This document shows positions 36,805-47,094 of a stretch of 60,541 nt of DNA, one piece after another; positions within the stretch are counted from its first letter, which is position 1, and each line of letters starts with the position of its first letter. The notes under the pieces were generated by a model. That model did no database searches and was not told the origin of the DNA. It worked only from the letters and a program-made list of their open reading frames with translations. The position numbers and the translations under genes are program-made. This DNA comes from a virus (Duplodnaviria > Caudoviricetes): positions 1-60,541 of IMG/VR virus record IMGVR_UViG_3300042922_000817. The stretch is one strand, 5' to 3'.

Positions 36805-37398
36805 TTAATACAATAAGCCAATGTAAAATATAATAAGCAAAAGAAGAAAAAGTAATAAACAAAAATATCTAATTGCAGATTGTATACTTATTACTTTCCA
36901 TTTTGCATATTTTGATTTTTTTAAAACTTCCTCATCAAAGTTATCTCTTAATAAATTTTCTAATTTCAGAAGATCTTCACTTGACATATCTTGTTTTTTT
37001 ATAATTGTTCCTGCATTTTCACTGGTCATAAGAATTATATAATTCTTATGACTTCGGATTGTACATACTTTTTCCCATTTAATAAAACAAGAATAGCTTC
37101 CATTAACATCAATATTTTCAAGTCCATCTTCATAAAAATTAGATAATATTTCAACTCCAAGTGCTATTTTGCTTTGATTGTAACCTTTCCTAACCTCCCA
37201 TTCCATAAATAGAAAATTAATAATAATTAAAATCAGAGCCCCTATAATCCTAGAGGTTGTATCCTTGAAGATAACCAACGAAAATAGTATCGGGATGATG
37301 CAATTTGCAATTTTAGATTTTCCTATACCAAAATAATAAAAATTCTTATAATCATCTAGCGTAATTTGGGTTCTTATTTCTATAATCTTTTTTTTCAT
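36805..37398 (-). CDS. YcxB-like membrane protein (AT-rich moron)
   Basis: Two N-terminal TM helices, F.EDG...IKWE..IIKK YcxB-like core, C-terminal TM; own sigmaH-like promoter. Confidence 0.6.
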   Translation of the reverse strand: MKKKIIEIRTQITLDDYKNFYYFGIGKSKIANCIIPILFSLVIFKDTTSRIIGALILIIINFLFMEWEVRKGYNQSKIALGVEILSNFYEDGLENIDVNGSYSCFIKWEKVCTIRSHKNYIILMTSENAGTIIKKQDMSSEDLLKLENLLRDNFDEEVLKKSKYAKWKVISIQSAIRYFCLLLFLLLLIIFYIGLLY

Positions 37399-37485
37399 TT
37401 AAAATCCCCATTTACCATCACATTGTGTTGACCTATTTTACATTCACTATTATTTTATTTCGACAAATATTTTCCATATCCTGTT

Positions 37486-38007
37486 TCATTTTTCATTAAA
37501 TCTCCCAATCACCCATACAGGCAAATAACAATCCAACTCCTTCTTAAATAGCAAATACAAATTCAAGCTCAACCACTTACCACTAAAGAAAAACATTGGA
37601 TTTATATAATACTGCACTTGTACATCACTACCGATCTTTACATCAGCTCTAGCAATGATCTTACGTGCAATCATATTCCTCATGAACGTTTTAACCTGCC
37701 TATCAGACATACATAAATACTTTGCAATCTGCTCAATTTGCATAGCTTTCATAACATTGCCAGACCTATACATAATCATATTACTATTCTTATAGATCCT
37801 CTTTGACAACCTATACAGCTTTGCTACTTCATAATCTTTTAAATCATTTGGCAGATCCATACCCTCAAATGATTTAGTTGCAGCTTTATTCCTCCAAAAC
37901 AAATACCCCTTTTCATCATCCCAGTAATTTATGCTGTATTCATTTCTACTGATTATTTGACCAGTAACACTATCAACTGACCGTGTAATATGTTTAATTT
38001 CACTCAC
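37486..38007 (-). CDS. RepL-like winged-helix DNA-binding protein
   Basis: VDSVTGQI N-terminus, an HTH and a YYINPMFF motif. Confidence 0.55.
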   Translation of the reverse strand: MSEIKHITRSVDSVTGQIISRNEYSINYWDDEKGYLFWRNKAATKSFEGMDLPNDLKDYEVAKLYRLSKRIYKNSNMIMYRSGNVMKAMQIEQIAKYLCMSDRQVKTFMRNMIARKIIARADVKIGSDVQVQYYINPMFFFSGKWLSLNLYLLFKKELDCYLPVWVIGRFNEK

Positions 38008-38371
38008 ATAAACTCACCGACTTTCAGGGGTAAAATGACAATATCTTTGCAAATAAGAAAATGCCTATACAGCCTTATTTTATAAGACCTTATAGACATT
38101 CACACTATCGTATTTTGATACGACTTCTATATTAATAACATATATCTTGTATCAAACCATCTTTAATATTTGTAAACATTTCCCAGTAAATAACAATACG
38201 CTGCGCAAATAGCAGGAGGGTAAACCATTTACGCAGCATTGCCCTATAAATAGAAAAACACACGATTTCTCATGTGTTTTTCTTATCAATTGTATAAGTG
38301 CATTATTTAATTTTTCTTATTATAGCATGTAAAAACGCCCTGTGATTACTGAAATGAAATGATAATAATTC

Positions 38372-38773
38372 TCATTTTGCTCTGAGTTTAATTTTTCTTT
38401 TTAAATAACTTTTATGTGATATGCATTTTATACACTCAGGATGATTTAAAGCCCATTCGCGTGCACGTTCAAGTAATTTTTGACGTTTAACAGGATCACT
38501 ATATGCACGTTTGAGTGATTCGCGCGTCTGTTCGTTAGATTTGTCTACAGCGCATTTTTTACAATATTTTTGTCGTCCTGCATTTATAGTGTACTCTTCG
38601 CCACATACAACACATCTATCAGTTGTACCTAATTTTCTTGCAGTTCCTTCTACTTTTCGCCGATACTTTCCCCGATCGTTTTCTTTAATTTTTTCCGCTC
38701 GACATTTTGAGCAATATTTAGTCAGCGGTTGTCCAATAATTTCTATTCCACAAATTACACATTTTTTAATCAT
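38372..38773 (-). CDS. Tandem zinc-ribbon protein
   Basis: Two CxxC...KYCxxC repeats. Confidence 0.65.
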   Translation of the reverse strand: MIKKCVICGIEIIGQPLTKYCSKCRAEKIKENDRGKYRRKVEGTARKLGTTDRCVVCGEEYTINAGRQKYCKKCAVDKSNEQTRESLKRAYSDPVKRQKLLERAREWALNHPECIKCISHKSYLKRKIKLRAK

Positions 38774-38877
38774 GAATCTTCTCCTTATTTTTCATCTATC
38801 GCCGTCCTTAACTTGAATAAAGCGTACCATATCAAAATTTTAATCTCAACATCATTTCAAAAAAAATATTATATATA

Positions 38878-39351
38878 TTAGTAAAATGGTGTCATTAAAT
38901 CTAATCCTACTGCACAAAGCCCGGCATATTGATTTGCCTCTTTAACATACATAAAGCATGTTGTTTGGCTAATACCTACACTCATTGATATCTCTCTATA
39001 GTCTTGATCTTGCTTGTACTTACGAGTAATAACATCACACGTAATCTTACCAGTTTTTTTATTATTAAAGTACCCATATGTACAGTCAACAACTCTAAGC
39101 CATTTCTCCGGCTCCTTAATCGTCATTGTTTCAAACTTACCGATATTGATAACAACACTACGTAATAAAGCAATCTCTTTAAGCGCGACATTTGCGGTAG
39201 GATCACTCACAAATGCATGTCCACTACTATTACCGCCTGTTTTACCTGCTCCGCTATCCTTTCTAGCCTCATATACTGCCTGCTTAATTTTTTCGTATTG
39301 ATAAAATATTTTCTCTATGTATTTTGCATTATATTTAAGCAAATTCCTCAC
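38878..39351 (-). CDS. Probable late transcription activator (ArpU/RinA-like)
   Basis: SDPTA motif, C-terminal HTH and position before the late region. Confidence 0.65.
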   Translation of the reverse strand: MRNLLKYNAKYIEKIFYQYEKIKQAVYEARKDSGAGKTGGNSSGHAFVSDPTANVALKEIALLRSVVINIGKFETMTIKEPEKWLRVVDCTYGYFNNKKTGKITCDVITRKYKQDQDYREISMSVGISQTTCFMYVKEANQYAGLCAVGLDLMTPFY

Positions 39352-39412
39352 CCCATTAAAATTTAATCTAAAAGCACGAATAGGACGGTTATTCCACCGT
39401 CCTTTTTATAGT

Positions 39413-39784
39413 TTAACTAGCTTCTTCAATTATCAATTCAACACGTGGATTATCCTTATCTACATAAAATTCGTCACGGAAATAACGTATTTGTGACCAT
39501 CCATCATTTTTAAGTACTTTGCCTTTCTGCATTGCATCTAGTATAAACTTCTTAGCAAAGCAAATGTTGTCCTTGTCCCTCTGTCGATTCTTTTCGTACC
39601 AATTGAAGGTAATACCAATGCTGTTAAATTTGCGACCTCTTAGAGCAGATTTGATGAATATTAAGCAATCGTCATCAGCTTGATTTTTCCATTCTGCTGC
39701 TGCATATTTATTACCTCTGCAAACGTCTATGTATTCATTCAGCCCCGGCAGTCGTATCGGTATTGTTATTTTTATTTGATCCAT
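39413..39784 (-). CDS. rusA: RusA-family Holliday junction resolvase
   Basis: RDKDN...KFILDAM...NDG...NPRVE motifs. Confidence 0.85.
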   Translation of the reverse strand: MDQIKITIPIRLPGLNEYIDVCRGNKYAAAEWKNQADDDCLIFIKSALRGRKFNSIGITFNWYEKNRQRDKDNICFAKKFILDAMQKGKVLKNDGWSQIRYFRDEFYVDKDNPRVELIIEEAS

Positions 39785-39799
39785 CTAACTCAGCTCCTT

Positions 39800-40060
39800 T
39801 TATACCTTTTTCTCGACATCAGGAAAATGCTTTAGTGCGTCAAATTCTCCAATATCTACTTCATCTGCTTTTAAGCCTTGTGTCCTTGCCATATCCCAAC
39901 ATCTTTTACATATATCAGCACCTGCTAATATATGAGCCATATAAGGTGTTGCCCTTGTTTTTACTTTTTTATCTCCACAATAATCACATTTGCTAATTTT
40001 ATAATCACTTTTGTCTATTTTGTCTTCGTGAAATTCACTAACAGATTTATTGTCCATCAT
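39800..40060 (-). CDS. Small zinc-finger protein
   Basis: CDYC...CKRC. Confidence 0.55.
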   Translation of the reverse strand: MMDNKSVSEFHEDKIDKSDYKISKCDYCGDKKVKTRATPYMAHILAGADICKRCWDMARTQGLKADEVDIGEFDALKHFPDVEKKV

Positions 40061-40182
40061 TTCCCCTCCACATATCTTTTTAAAACAGCAATCAATAATT
40101 CTCTATCTTGATGTTCAAACGCTTCGCTTGCATTTTCTATTAGGTAATCTGCTAGGTTTTCTAAATCAATCTCATTACTCAC
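40057..40182 (-). CDS. 41-aa hypothetical protein (not in ORF track)
   Basis: GTG start after a G-rich RBS; MSNEIDLENLADYL...; stop overlaps the next ATG. Confidence 0.45.
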   Translation of the reverse strand: MSNEIDLENLADYLIENASEAFEHQDRELLIAVLKRYVEGK

Positions 40183-40373
40183 GTTATCCCCCCCCTTTTT
40201 TACTCCTAATGCTTTTTCGAAAATTTATCGTATAAATCCAAATTAACTGGGTATACTAATAGTGTCATGATTAACTACTCACCTGATTATAGTTTTCGTT
40301 TCTCCTATTCACTTACGCAAGGCCAGTGCTAGTGGTCTTGTTATTTTTTTTGCCCAAAATCATAATATAGATA

Positions 40374-40517
40374 TCACTCCATCCCCAACCTTTTCCTTAA
40401 CTTCTCAACCTTCTGCCGATTTCTTAACGTGCTTGGCTTACTTAGCAACTTCCGCAACTTACTGCAATCATTGACTTGCTTGTGGTTAAGGTCAAAGGCT
40501 GTATATCGTTGTTTCAT
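40374..40517 (-). CDS. 47-aa basic hypothetical protein (not in ORF track)
   Basis: ATGA overlap with the upstream gene; MKQRYTAFDLNHKQ.... Confidence 0.45.
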   Translation of the reverse strand: MKQRYTAFDLNHKQVNDCSKLRKLLSKPSTLRNRQKVEKLRKRLGME

Positions 40518-41095
40518 GAGCTTACACCGCCCTGTACCAACTTAAGTTTTTCAGTTGTTTTACTAAGTAAAGCTTGTACTTTTTCATCCGGTAAAGCATA
40601 CAAAATTTCAGTATTTACTTTCTTGTCTTTTTTGCGTTTTATAATGCCGTTATAGATATCACGAAACTGTGCCCTTGCTGTATTCATTTCGTTTATACCA
40701 AGATTACAAAGGGTTGTCCATCCCATATTCAAGGCTGCACGTGCAATTTCTGATGTGCTGAATTTAGGTTCTCGGTAGATAAATGCATCATGTATTTCTT
40801 GAAGAACCTCGTGCCAAGCCTCATCAACCGATGGAGTTTCATTGCCAGCAATCACATCTTTCATTACTTCGACTTGCTCAAAGATTTCCGCAATGGTAGG
40901 AAAATACCTCAATGTCCGCATTTGCTTTAACATAGCCGCTTCTATTTCAGCAATTGAGAATTGTTTGAGCGCTTTAGCATATATAACTAAGCTTCCTGAA
41001 TTGATTTTAGATTGTGGGATTGCCATTAAATACGGTGTAAGAAGCTTTACAATTTCTAATCGATGCAACTGGTCTGGCGTTAGTTGATCATTCAT
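40514..41095 (-). CDS. Replicative helicase loader/inhibitor-like protein
   Basis: YFPTIAEI...EAWHEV...GW..LC...RAQF motif; directly after the initiator gene. Confidence 0.7.
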   Translation of the reverse strand: MNDQLTPDQLHRLEIVKLLTPYLMAIPQSKINSGSLVIYAKALKQFSIAEIEAAMLKQMRTLRYFPTIAEIFEQVEVMKDVIAGNETPSVDEAWHEVLQEIHDAFIYREPKFSTSEIARAALNMGWTTLCNLGINEMNTARAQFRDIYNGIIKRKKDKKVNTEILYALPDEKVQALLSKTTEKLKLVQGGVSS

Positions 41096-41909
41096 TCCTA
41101 ATCGCCTCCATTGCTTGCCTCGCAATTTCCATTTGCGGGTTGAATGCGATTGGTTGCGGAGTACCATCCGGTGGTTCTGGCTCTGGATCTAATTCATCTT
41201 CCCACCGCTTCTGATTTAGCCACGTTGCAGGATGTGGAATGTATTGACCGTTGTCTTTTTTCCAGTCCTTAGATTTCTTTGCATCGTAAATCGCACCCAT
41301 GATACGTTCCTGCAAATCCGAGTCAGGCTTAATTTTTTTATATGATTTTTCGGCTGCACCCTTACCAACTTTTTTTGGATAAGCATCCCAAAATTCTTTA
41401 AATCGTTTTTGCAAAGGTGTTAATTCTACTTCTTGTTTAATAGGTGGTTGTTTAGGTTGTTCTTCCTCACGCGCGTTAGTATTTTTATTATTCAATGTAT
41501 TATTAATAAATGTATTATTAAGTACTGTATTATTCTCCTCGTTGTTTTCACCTATAGGGGTATCGGTGCTTTCAACGGTAGGGGTATCGTTATTTTCACC
41601 TATACCCTCTAGTTGTTTTTGCCTATACCCTATAGTTGTGAATAGTACTCTTTCCTTCACTTGTTTTGTTCCAAAAATATATTTTATTGTGATCTCGAGA
41701 TAATTCTTTTTCACAAGTCCGCTAATTAATTTCGACACTCGATCTTTACTGATATGTAAGAATTGTGCTAGATAATTATTTGTTGCCCAGCAGCCTTTTT
41801 CTCCGCACAAGCTGTCTACTTCAACAAGTAGCATTTTTTCCATGATACTTAACTCTTCATCAAGCCAAATTTCTTTCGGGATCCATACACCTTTAAAATC
41901 ACGTTCCAC
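41088..41909 (-). CDS. Phage replication initiator (N-terminal HTH, C-terminal FW.AYP..K..IPHPATWLN domain)
   Basis: RDFKGVWIP...CWATNNYLA N-terminus and internal iterons. Confidence 0.85.
   Translation of the reverse strand: MERDFKGVWIPKEIWLDEELSIMEKMLLVEVDSLCGEKGCWATNNYLAQFLHISKDRVSKLISGLVKKNYLEITIKYIFGTKQVKERVLFTTIGYRQKQLEGIGENNDTPTVESTDTPIGENNEENNTVLNNTFINNTLNNKNTNAREEEQPKQPPIKQEVELTPLQKRFKEFWDAYPKKVGKGAAEKSYKKIKPDSDLQERIMGAIYDAKKSKDWKKDNGQYIPHPATWLNQKRWEDELDPEPEPPDGTPQPIAFNPQMEIARQAMEAIRNE
41480..41636. repeat. Probable replication origin: iterons plus AT-rich tract inside the initiator gene
   Basis: TTTTCACCTATA x2, TAGGGGTATCG x2 and CCTATACCCT x2, next to ATGTATTATTA repeats. Confidence 0.7.
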
Positions 41910-41921
41910 TTTTTCACCTTC

Positions 41922-42638
41922 TTACTTCTTCGCTACATATACCGGTCTGCCACTTACAGCCGTTATTTCTCGCTTAAACCGTTCTTCATCACTGTTATGG
42001 TCCGATAAATGCAGCAAGTGTATTTCTTTAACTCCGCTTAAATCGTTCGCTCTTAAAAACTCTTTACAGTTATCTAAACTAAAATGTGATCGTACTATTC
42101 GACTTCTCATACTTTCAGCAACAACGCCGTCCAGTACGTTCTGATCGATAATATCGGCAGCATAATTACATTCAACCATGACGTAATTAAGGTCCTTAAA
42201 TTTGTGTTTTACATAGTAACTATCAGTTATAAATACCAAACGTTCACCAGTCACTTGGCTAAGTAATAAATAACCAAGCGGTTCAGCACAATCATGATTT
42301 ACTTCAAAGGCTAATACTTTCCATGAACCTATATTAAAAACTTCACCAGCCGATATAATTTTTACTCTGTTACCACTAACACCTAATACATCAGCCGTGC
42401 CTTTGCTCATATAACAATCAAGACCTAACGCTAGTAGCTCCTGCACTGCGCGTGAGTGGTCTTTATGTTCATGCGTAACCAAACATGCACGTATATGACT
42501 TACGGTATAATACAAAGCCTGCTGTATCTTTTTTAGGGGTAATCCTGCTTCTAGCAGGAGGGAAGTTTCATTATCATCAATGCGATAACAATTCCCTGCG
42601 CTGCTAGATGCAAGTACCTTTATGTTGATCATTACCAA
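41922..42638 (-). CDS. Metallo-beta-lactamase-fold nuclease (YycJ-like)
   Basis: SSSAGNCY, THEHKDH, HD, TD, ECNY and HLS motifs. Confidence 0.88.
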   Translation of the reverse strand: MVMINIKVLASSSAGNCYRIDDNETSLLLEAGLPLKKIQQALYYTVSHIRACLVTHEHKDHSRAVQELLALGLDCYMSKGTADVLGVSGNRVKIISAGEVFNIGSWKVLAFEVNHDCAEPLGYLLLSQVTGERLVFITDSYYVKHKFKDLNYVMVECNYAADIIDQNVLDGVVAESMRSRIVRSHFSLDNCKEFLRANDLSGVKEIHLLHLSDHNSDEERFKREITAVSGRPVYVAKK

Positions 42639-43660
42639 GTGCCTAGTGTCGGCATTCCAGCACTTGGTTCAGTGTTGGGTGTTGGAGGAGCCTCATTTGC
42701 ATTTGTTGGTGTAGGTGTTTCTAAGGATTCATGTTTTATTGGTTTATCTGGTGTAATATTTAGCGGCTCTTTATTGGCTTTTTCAGCAATTTCATTGTTA
42801 ATTTCTGAATCTTTATATTCAGATTCACGGGCTTGAATATATTTAAAATCATCATCAATCTTTTTTGGATCAAGCGGTATCTTGCCGTATACATGGCGAA
42901 TCAATGATTTAGTAACCATTTCATCCTTCCAACCTTCGACCTCTATTTTATTGCCAGTTTTGCCACCGTTCTTATATTCGTCTTTTTTCCCGCCCCAAAA
43001 CTCGGCTGCTGCATATTGAGGTTTGCGTTTATCAATATCTTTCATGGTCATTACAAAAAGCTTATTAAGTGATGGGTCGTCATGCTCTACATAGCCAAAA
43101 CCACCAATGATTTCACCACGATCAAAAGGATTATCTATTTCAAAAAGATAACTTTCTACTGCGTTATCTCGGCATTTTTTAAGCGGTTTGAATGTATCGT
43201 TTTGATATACAACTTCAATTGTTACGGCCTTTGGTTTTACAAGTGCATATTTTTCAACAAGCATTTTAATACCGTCATAACCTTTGATAAAACCTAAGTC
43301 ATATTTTTGTGTCTTGCTGTTTTTATAAGGAATAGCAAACAAGTGATTGGCTGCTAACATATCTAAGCCCATTTTCGAATAACTCATTACATCACGTGCA
43401 AGTGTAGCCATATTGACATTGTTCCATATATAAGCAAGTCCGTTATCGTATCTATGGTCCGTATTTTTTTCATTCTTGCGGATACGATCTGCTTCTAAAT
43501 CATTAAGCATTCTGTCAATTGCAATGAAGTAACCTTGTACTAGATTTCTTTGGTAGTCAGTGGCTTGTACTGCACCACTGACACTTGTACCAAATTCCTT
43601 TAACACTGCTGTTGTAAAGCGTTCGCTCATATTTTCCTGTACTTTTTCTATATTTGCCAT
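42632..43660 (-). CDS. recT: RecT-like single-strand annealing protein
   Basis: GLD....H.FAIPY..GYDG, NPFDRGEIIGGFGY and W..EM..K motifs; located in the AAA-RecT-MBL trio. Confidence 0.75.
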   Translation of the reverse strand: MANIEKVQENMSERFTTAVLKEFGTSVSGAVQATDYQRNLVQGYFIAIDRMLNDLEADRIRKNEKNTDHRYDNGLAYIWNNVNMATLARDVMSYSKMGLDMLAANHLFAIPYKNSKTQKYDLGFIKGYDGIKMLVEKYALVKPKAVTIEVVYQNDTFKPLKKCRDNAVESYLFEIDNPFDRGEIIGGFGYVEHDDPSLNKLFVMTMKDIDKRKPQYAAAEFWGGKKDEYKNGGKTGNKIEVEGWKDEMVTKSLIRHVYGKIPLDPKKIDDDFKYIQARESEYKDSEINNEIAEKANKEPLNITPDKPIKHESLETPTPTNANEAPPTPNTEPSAGMPTLGTW

Positions 43661-43661
43661 C

Positions 43662-43838
43662 TTAGATAGCCTCCTTTTTGTACTTCTCCATCAAGGTACC
43701 GGAAAAGCATCCGGTACCATTAAACTTTTTACATGTGCCACCACAAGAACATTTATCCTTATCAGAACCATTTCCACCACGTTCACACTCCGTGCAAGCT
43801 ACCCATAAATGGCCTCTTGTATCCTTGAAACTATCCAC
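43662..43838 (-). CDS. 58-aa Cys-rich protein (not in ORF track)
   Basis: GTG start with GGAGG RBS; MDSFKDTRGHLWVACTECERGGNGSDKDKCSCGGTCKKFNGTGCFSGTLMEKYKKEAI fills the gap exactly. Confidence 0.75.
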   Translation of the reverse strand: MDSFKDTRGHLWVACTECERGGNGSDKDKCSCGGTCKKFNGTGCFSGTLMEKYKKEAI

Positions 43839-43839
43839 C

Positions 43840-45843
43840 TTAGATAGCCTCCCTTAACTCATGTTCTTTTGTTTCAATCCGAAGGGCTTTATCTGGTTCA
43901 CTTACTACTAAGCGAATAATCTGCGTACCACTCATATCAGTAAGTTTTGTTACTGCTTCCGCGTTATCTATAAAGATCGGTGCCTCGAACTCGTAATAAG
44001 TAGCTAATGTACGAATAATGTCTAGACCAACATTGATTTTTGCAGCGTTATTGAGGTCTTTGTATGAAACGCCATTTAATGTGGTTTCACAACATTCTGC
44101 AATGCCATCGTTTGTAACATTTTCAGCAAACATTTTGAAACGAGCTAGTTTGAATTTGCCATTGATCTTTTCTTGCAACATATCAACTTTACGTTTCGTA
44201 AATTCTTCTGTTAAATAAATCTGGCGTGTTAGTTCTTCATATTCAATAGCTAGTTTCTTTTGTTGTTCTTCAAGTTCAGCAATACGTTTAATAACATTTT
44301 GCGACTGATTGAAAGCAGCTAAACGACCTTCTAGTGCGGTTAGATTTCTTTGTGAGTTGTCTCGATCTGTTTTAAGGCTTTCAATCATTTCAGTTTTGGA
44401 AGTTTGACTATCAGCAATTTTCAAACGAATGTCATCTTGCTGACGTTTTAACGCCTCAATCGCTGGTGAAGTCGTGATTAGTGAATTTTTAACTGTTTCA
44501 AGTTCAGTAGATACCTGGTTAATTTCTTTTTCTATCTGTTCTAATTGACTATTTAAAACCGTTAGTTTGCCAGCTAATTCAGATAATTGTTGATTATTAT
44601 TAGCAACCTTTTCAGAGTTACTTTTCCCTTGATCATTGATTGAGGCTAACTTATTTGCCTTGGTAATGTTAAAGGTTTGGCGTTCTTCTTCTACTTTTCG
44701 ACGATTAGCATCTAACATTTCGGCAGGCAATGCTTGTCCACAATAACCGCAAGTACAACTATCCGTGCTTTCTACAACCGTAAACTCTTCTTTATTAACT
44801 CTTGACCACGCAGATAGTAAATCGTTACGAACTATTCCAGCTTGTACATTAGATTCATTCAACACCTTTTGGTTGTGCTCATTATTGGATATATCAGTAA
44901 CTAAACTATTTTTCTTACCACTAAGATCAAAGAACTGTTGTTGTAATTTTTCTTTTTTGTCATTATTGGTAGCATTTAAATTATTGATTAGCCCTTGTAT
45001 TTGACCGTCAATTTGTTTGATTTCAATTTGAAGTTGCGTAACAGTTCCGCCATTTTCAGCAAGCAATATTTCTTTATTTTTATTTTCAAGCAACTGTCTA
45101 GTATTGCCGATTTGAGCTTGCAACGTTACTTCACTTACATTGTCCGTAGCAACTTCTTGTAAACTGTTCTGTAATTCACTTACACGTACTGGAATCATCT
45201 TTAATTCACCGTTGATTTTAGATTGTTTTGCACTCGCCATAGCCTTTAAATCAGCAATACTTTTACCGCTATTTAAGTGTTTTTTAAGATCAGCCAGTGT
45301 TTTATTTTTATCAATAACTTCATCTGCAGAAACATCACCGCAAATCTTAAGGATAATATTTCTACGTTCACCCCACTCAATATTTTCATTAAAGAAAAGT
45401 GGATTTGTAAGAAGTTTAAAAACCTTTTCATCAACCATATTGGAAATGAAACTATCATACTCACGTTTTGTTTTAAGCGGTACTTCGTCAATAAAGTAGT
45501 CTGTTGTATGCCCTTCGAACTTTTCAATTGCCTGTCCACGTTTACGAGTCCATTTTTCTTTATAAACCTTGTGAAGTGTTACCATACGACCATCAATGTT
45601 AAACACACCTTCAGCTTCATGCTCTAATCTATGAATTGCCGAACCTGCTTCATCTAAGGTCTTGATTTCAAAATTGTTTCTGTTTTGACTGTCTTTATCA
45701 AATAACAGCCACATTAAAGCATCGAATATAGTGGTTTTTCCTGTAGCGTTATCACCGAATATATCAACATTTGTACCGTTTGTAGTTAGTTCAAATTCAC
45801 GAATACCTTTGAAGTTTTTAAGTTTTAATGATAGTAATTTCAA
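43840..45843 (-). CDS. SMC/Rad50-like ATPase of the phage recombination module
   Basis: Walker A GDNATGKT, long coiled coil with a CGYCGQ hook, Walker B IFIDNAE. Confidence 0.88.
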   Translation of the reverse strand: MKLLSLKLKNFKGIREFELTTNGTNVDIFGDNATGKTTIFDALMWLLFDKDSQNRNNFEIKTLDEAGSAIHRLEHEAEGVFNIDGRMVTLHKVYKEKWTRKRGQAIEKFEGHTTDYFIDEVPLKTKREYDSFISNMVDEKVFKLLTNPLFFNENIEWGERRNIILKICGDVSADEVIDKNKTLADLKKHLNSGKSIADLKAMASAKQSKINGELKMIPVRVSELQNSLQEVATDNVSEVTLQAQIGNTRQLLENKNKEILLAENGGTVTQLQIEIKQIDGQIQGLINNLNATNNDKKEKLQQQFFDLSGKKNSLVTDISNNEHNQKVLNESNVQAGIVRNDLLSAWSRVNKEEFTVVESTDSCTCGYCGQALPAEMLDANRRKVEEERQTFNITKANKLASINDQGKSNSEKVANNNQQLSELAGKLTVLNSQLEQIEKEINQVSTELETVKNSLITTSPAIEALKRQQDDIRLKIADSQTSKTEMIESLKTDRDNSQRNLTALEGRLAAFNQSQNVIKRIAELEEQQKKLAIEYEELTRQIYLTEEFTKRKVDMLQEKINGKFKLARFKMFAENVTNDGIAECCETTLNGVSYKDLNNAAKINVGLDIIRTLATYYEFEAPIFIDNAEAVTKLTDMSGTQIIRLVVSEPDKALRIETKEHELREAI

Positions 45844-46205
45844 TTTAATACACTCCTTGTAATCAATTTATTGCCGTACTTTGCTTTCAGATACGCCTCA
45901 ACCTTATCAATGGGCTCATGAATTATTTTTATCTCGACTGGTTTCTTTTTCTCATGGCTAGGAAATACCTGTTCGATTGGTAAACCTAAACCGTCAGCAA
46001 TTAGCTTCTGATTTCCTTTTCCTGCACCGTAGCCGCTTTCAATAATCGAGTATGTAGTTGCTTTCATTCCGATTGATAACGCAAAATCTCTAGCACGTTC
46101 AAATCCTTTTGCAATACGAAGTTCTCTTAATGTTGTTCGTTTGACTTTATCACTACGAATAACACCAAAATAGTTTGCTTGTACTCTTGCCGACGTAGTA
46201 AGCAT
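45840..46205 (-). CDS. XRE HTH protein
   Basis: LRELRIAKG...YSIIESG...IADGLG HTH pattern. Confidence 0.7.
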   Translation of the reverse strand: MLTTSARVQANYFGVIRSDKVKRTTLRELRIAKGFERARDFALSIGMKATTYSIIESGYGAGKGNQKLIADGLGLPIEQVFPSHEKKKPVEIKIIHEPIDKVEAYLKAKYGNKLITRSVLN

Positions 46206-46550
46206 TTATTTATCACCCTTTCGTTCAATCCAATAATTGATTTTTAGTTTGTCATTAGGATAAACATAGTGATTACCACCACGATCTTTAAAAACATCAT
46301 CATAATTAAGCTCAACGATTCCATACATAAATTCACGAATCTCACGTGGACCATATGTATTCTTCTTCATATATTGATCTGCTATAGACCACAATGTATC
46401 GCCACGCTCAACTGTATAAACGTCTTGAACTAATTCATAGTTCGCATTATTATCCCTAACTCCACCTGTTAAAACCATTGCAGTACTAGCTATCAAACAA
46501 CCAATTACAAGTTTCTTAAAACTATTAACCACTTGCTTTCTTGCTAACAT
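46206..46550 (-). CDS. Membrane-anchored LysM protein (YneA-like)
   Basis: N-terminal hydrophobic anchor and YTVERGDTLWSIA LysM motif. Confidence 0.8.
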   Translation of the reverse strand: MLARKQVVNSFKKLVIGCLIASTAMVLTGGVRDNNANYELVQDVYTVERGDTLWSIADQYMKKNTYGPREIREFMYGIVELNYDDVFKDRGGNHYVYPNDKLKINYWIERKGDK

Positions 46551-46562
46551 GATTTCACACTC

Positions 46563-46859
46563 CTATTCAGCACTAACGTCAATTTCTAATGTATTCTCAA
46601 CCTCGTCATAATATTTTTCAACAACGATTGTTTCGCAAGACTCAACTTCAACTTCGAGTGTAATTCCAGCTACAAGGATTGCTATTAAGCAGCTTTCACA
46701 AGGGCCTTTCTTGAATTGGATGTAAGCAACATTTTTTGCTTCGATATTAACTCCATTGACGATTAGTAACTGTGTGTTGTCGCGTAATATCGCAACTAAT
46801 TTATTTGCTTCTTCAAGCGATTCCACGCTAAAATCTTTAATGATAACCATTGAATACAC
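46563..46859 (-). CDS. Hypothetical protein
   Basis: ORF in the early operon. Confidence 0.5.
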   Translation of the reverse strand: MYSMVIIKDFSVESLEEANKLVAILRDNTQLLIVNGVNIEAKNVAYIQFKKGPCESCLIAILVAGITLEVEVESCETIVVEKYYDEVENTLEIDVSAE

Positions 46860-46860
46860 C

Positions 46861-47055
46861 TCATTTTTCTATTTTTAATGTAATACCTAAAGCTTTTAGA
46901 ACTTTATCAGCATCGTAAATGTTTGGCGTACGTTCGCCTCTTGCATAATAATTAATTGCTCTAGGGGTTAAACCAGACATTTTCCCAAGTTTGTAACATG
47001 ATAAATTTTGTTTTTCCAATTCACAAATTAATAAATCTTTAAAGTTAAAGTTCAC
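46861..47055 (-). CDS. XRE HTH protein
   Basis: LSCYKLG..SGLT..AINYYARGERTP pattern. Confidence 0.75.
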   Translation of the reverse strand: MNFNFKDLLICELEKQNLSCYKLGKMSGLTPRAINYYARGERTPNIYDADKVLKALGITLKIEK

Positions 47056-47094
47056 ATTTTGATTTTCCCTTCAATTAATTTCACATACCCATGC

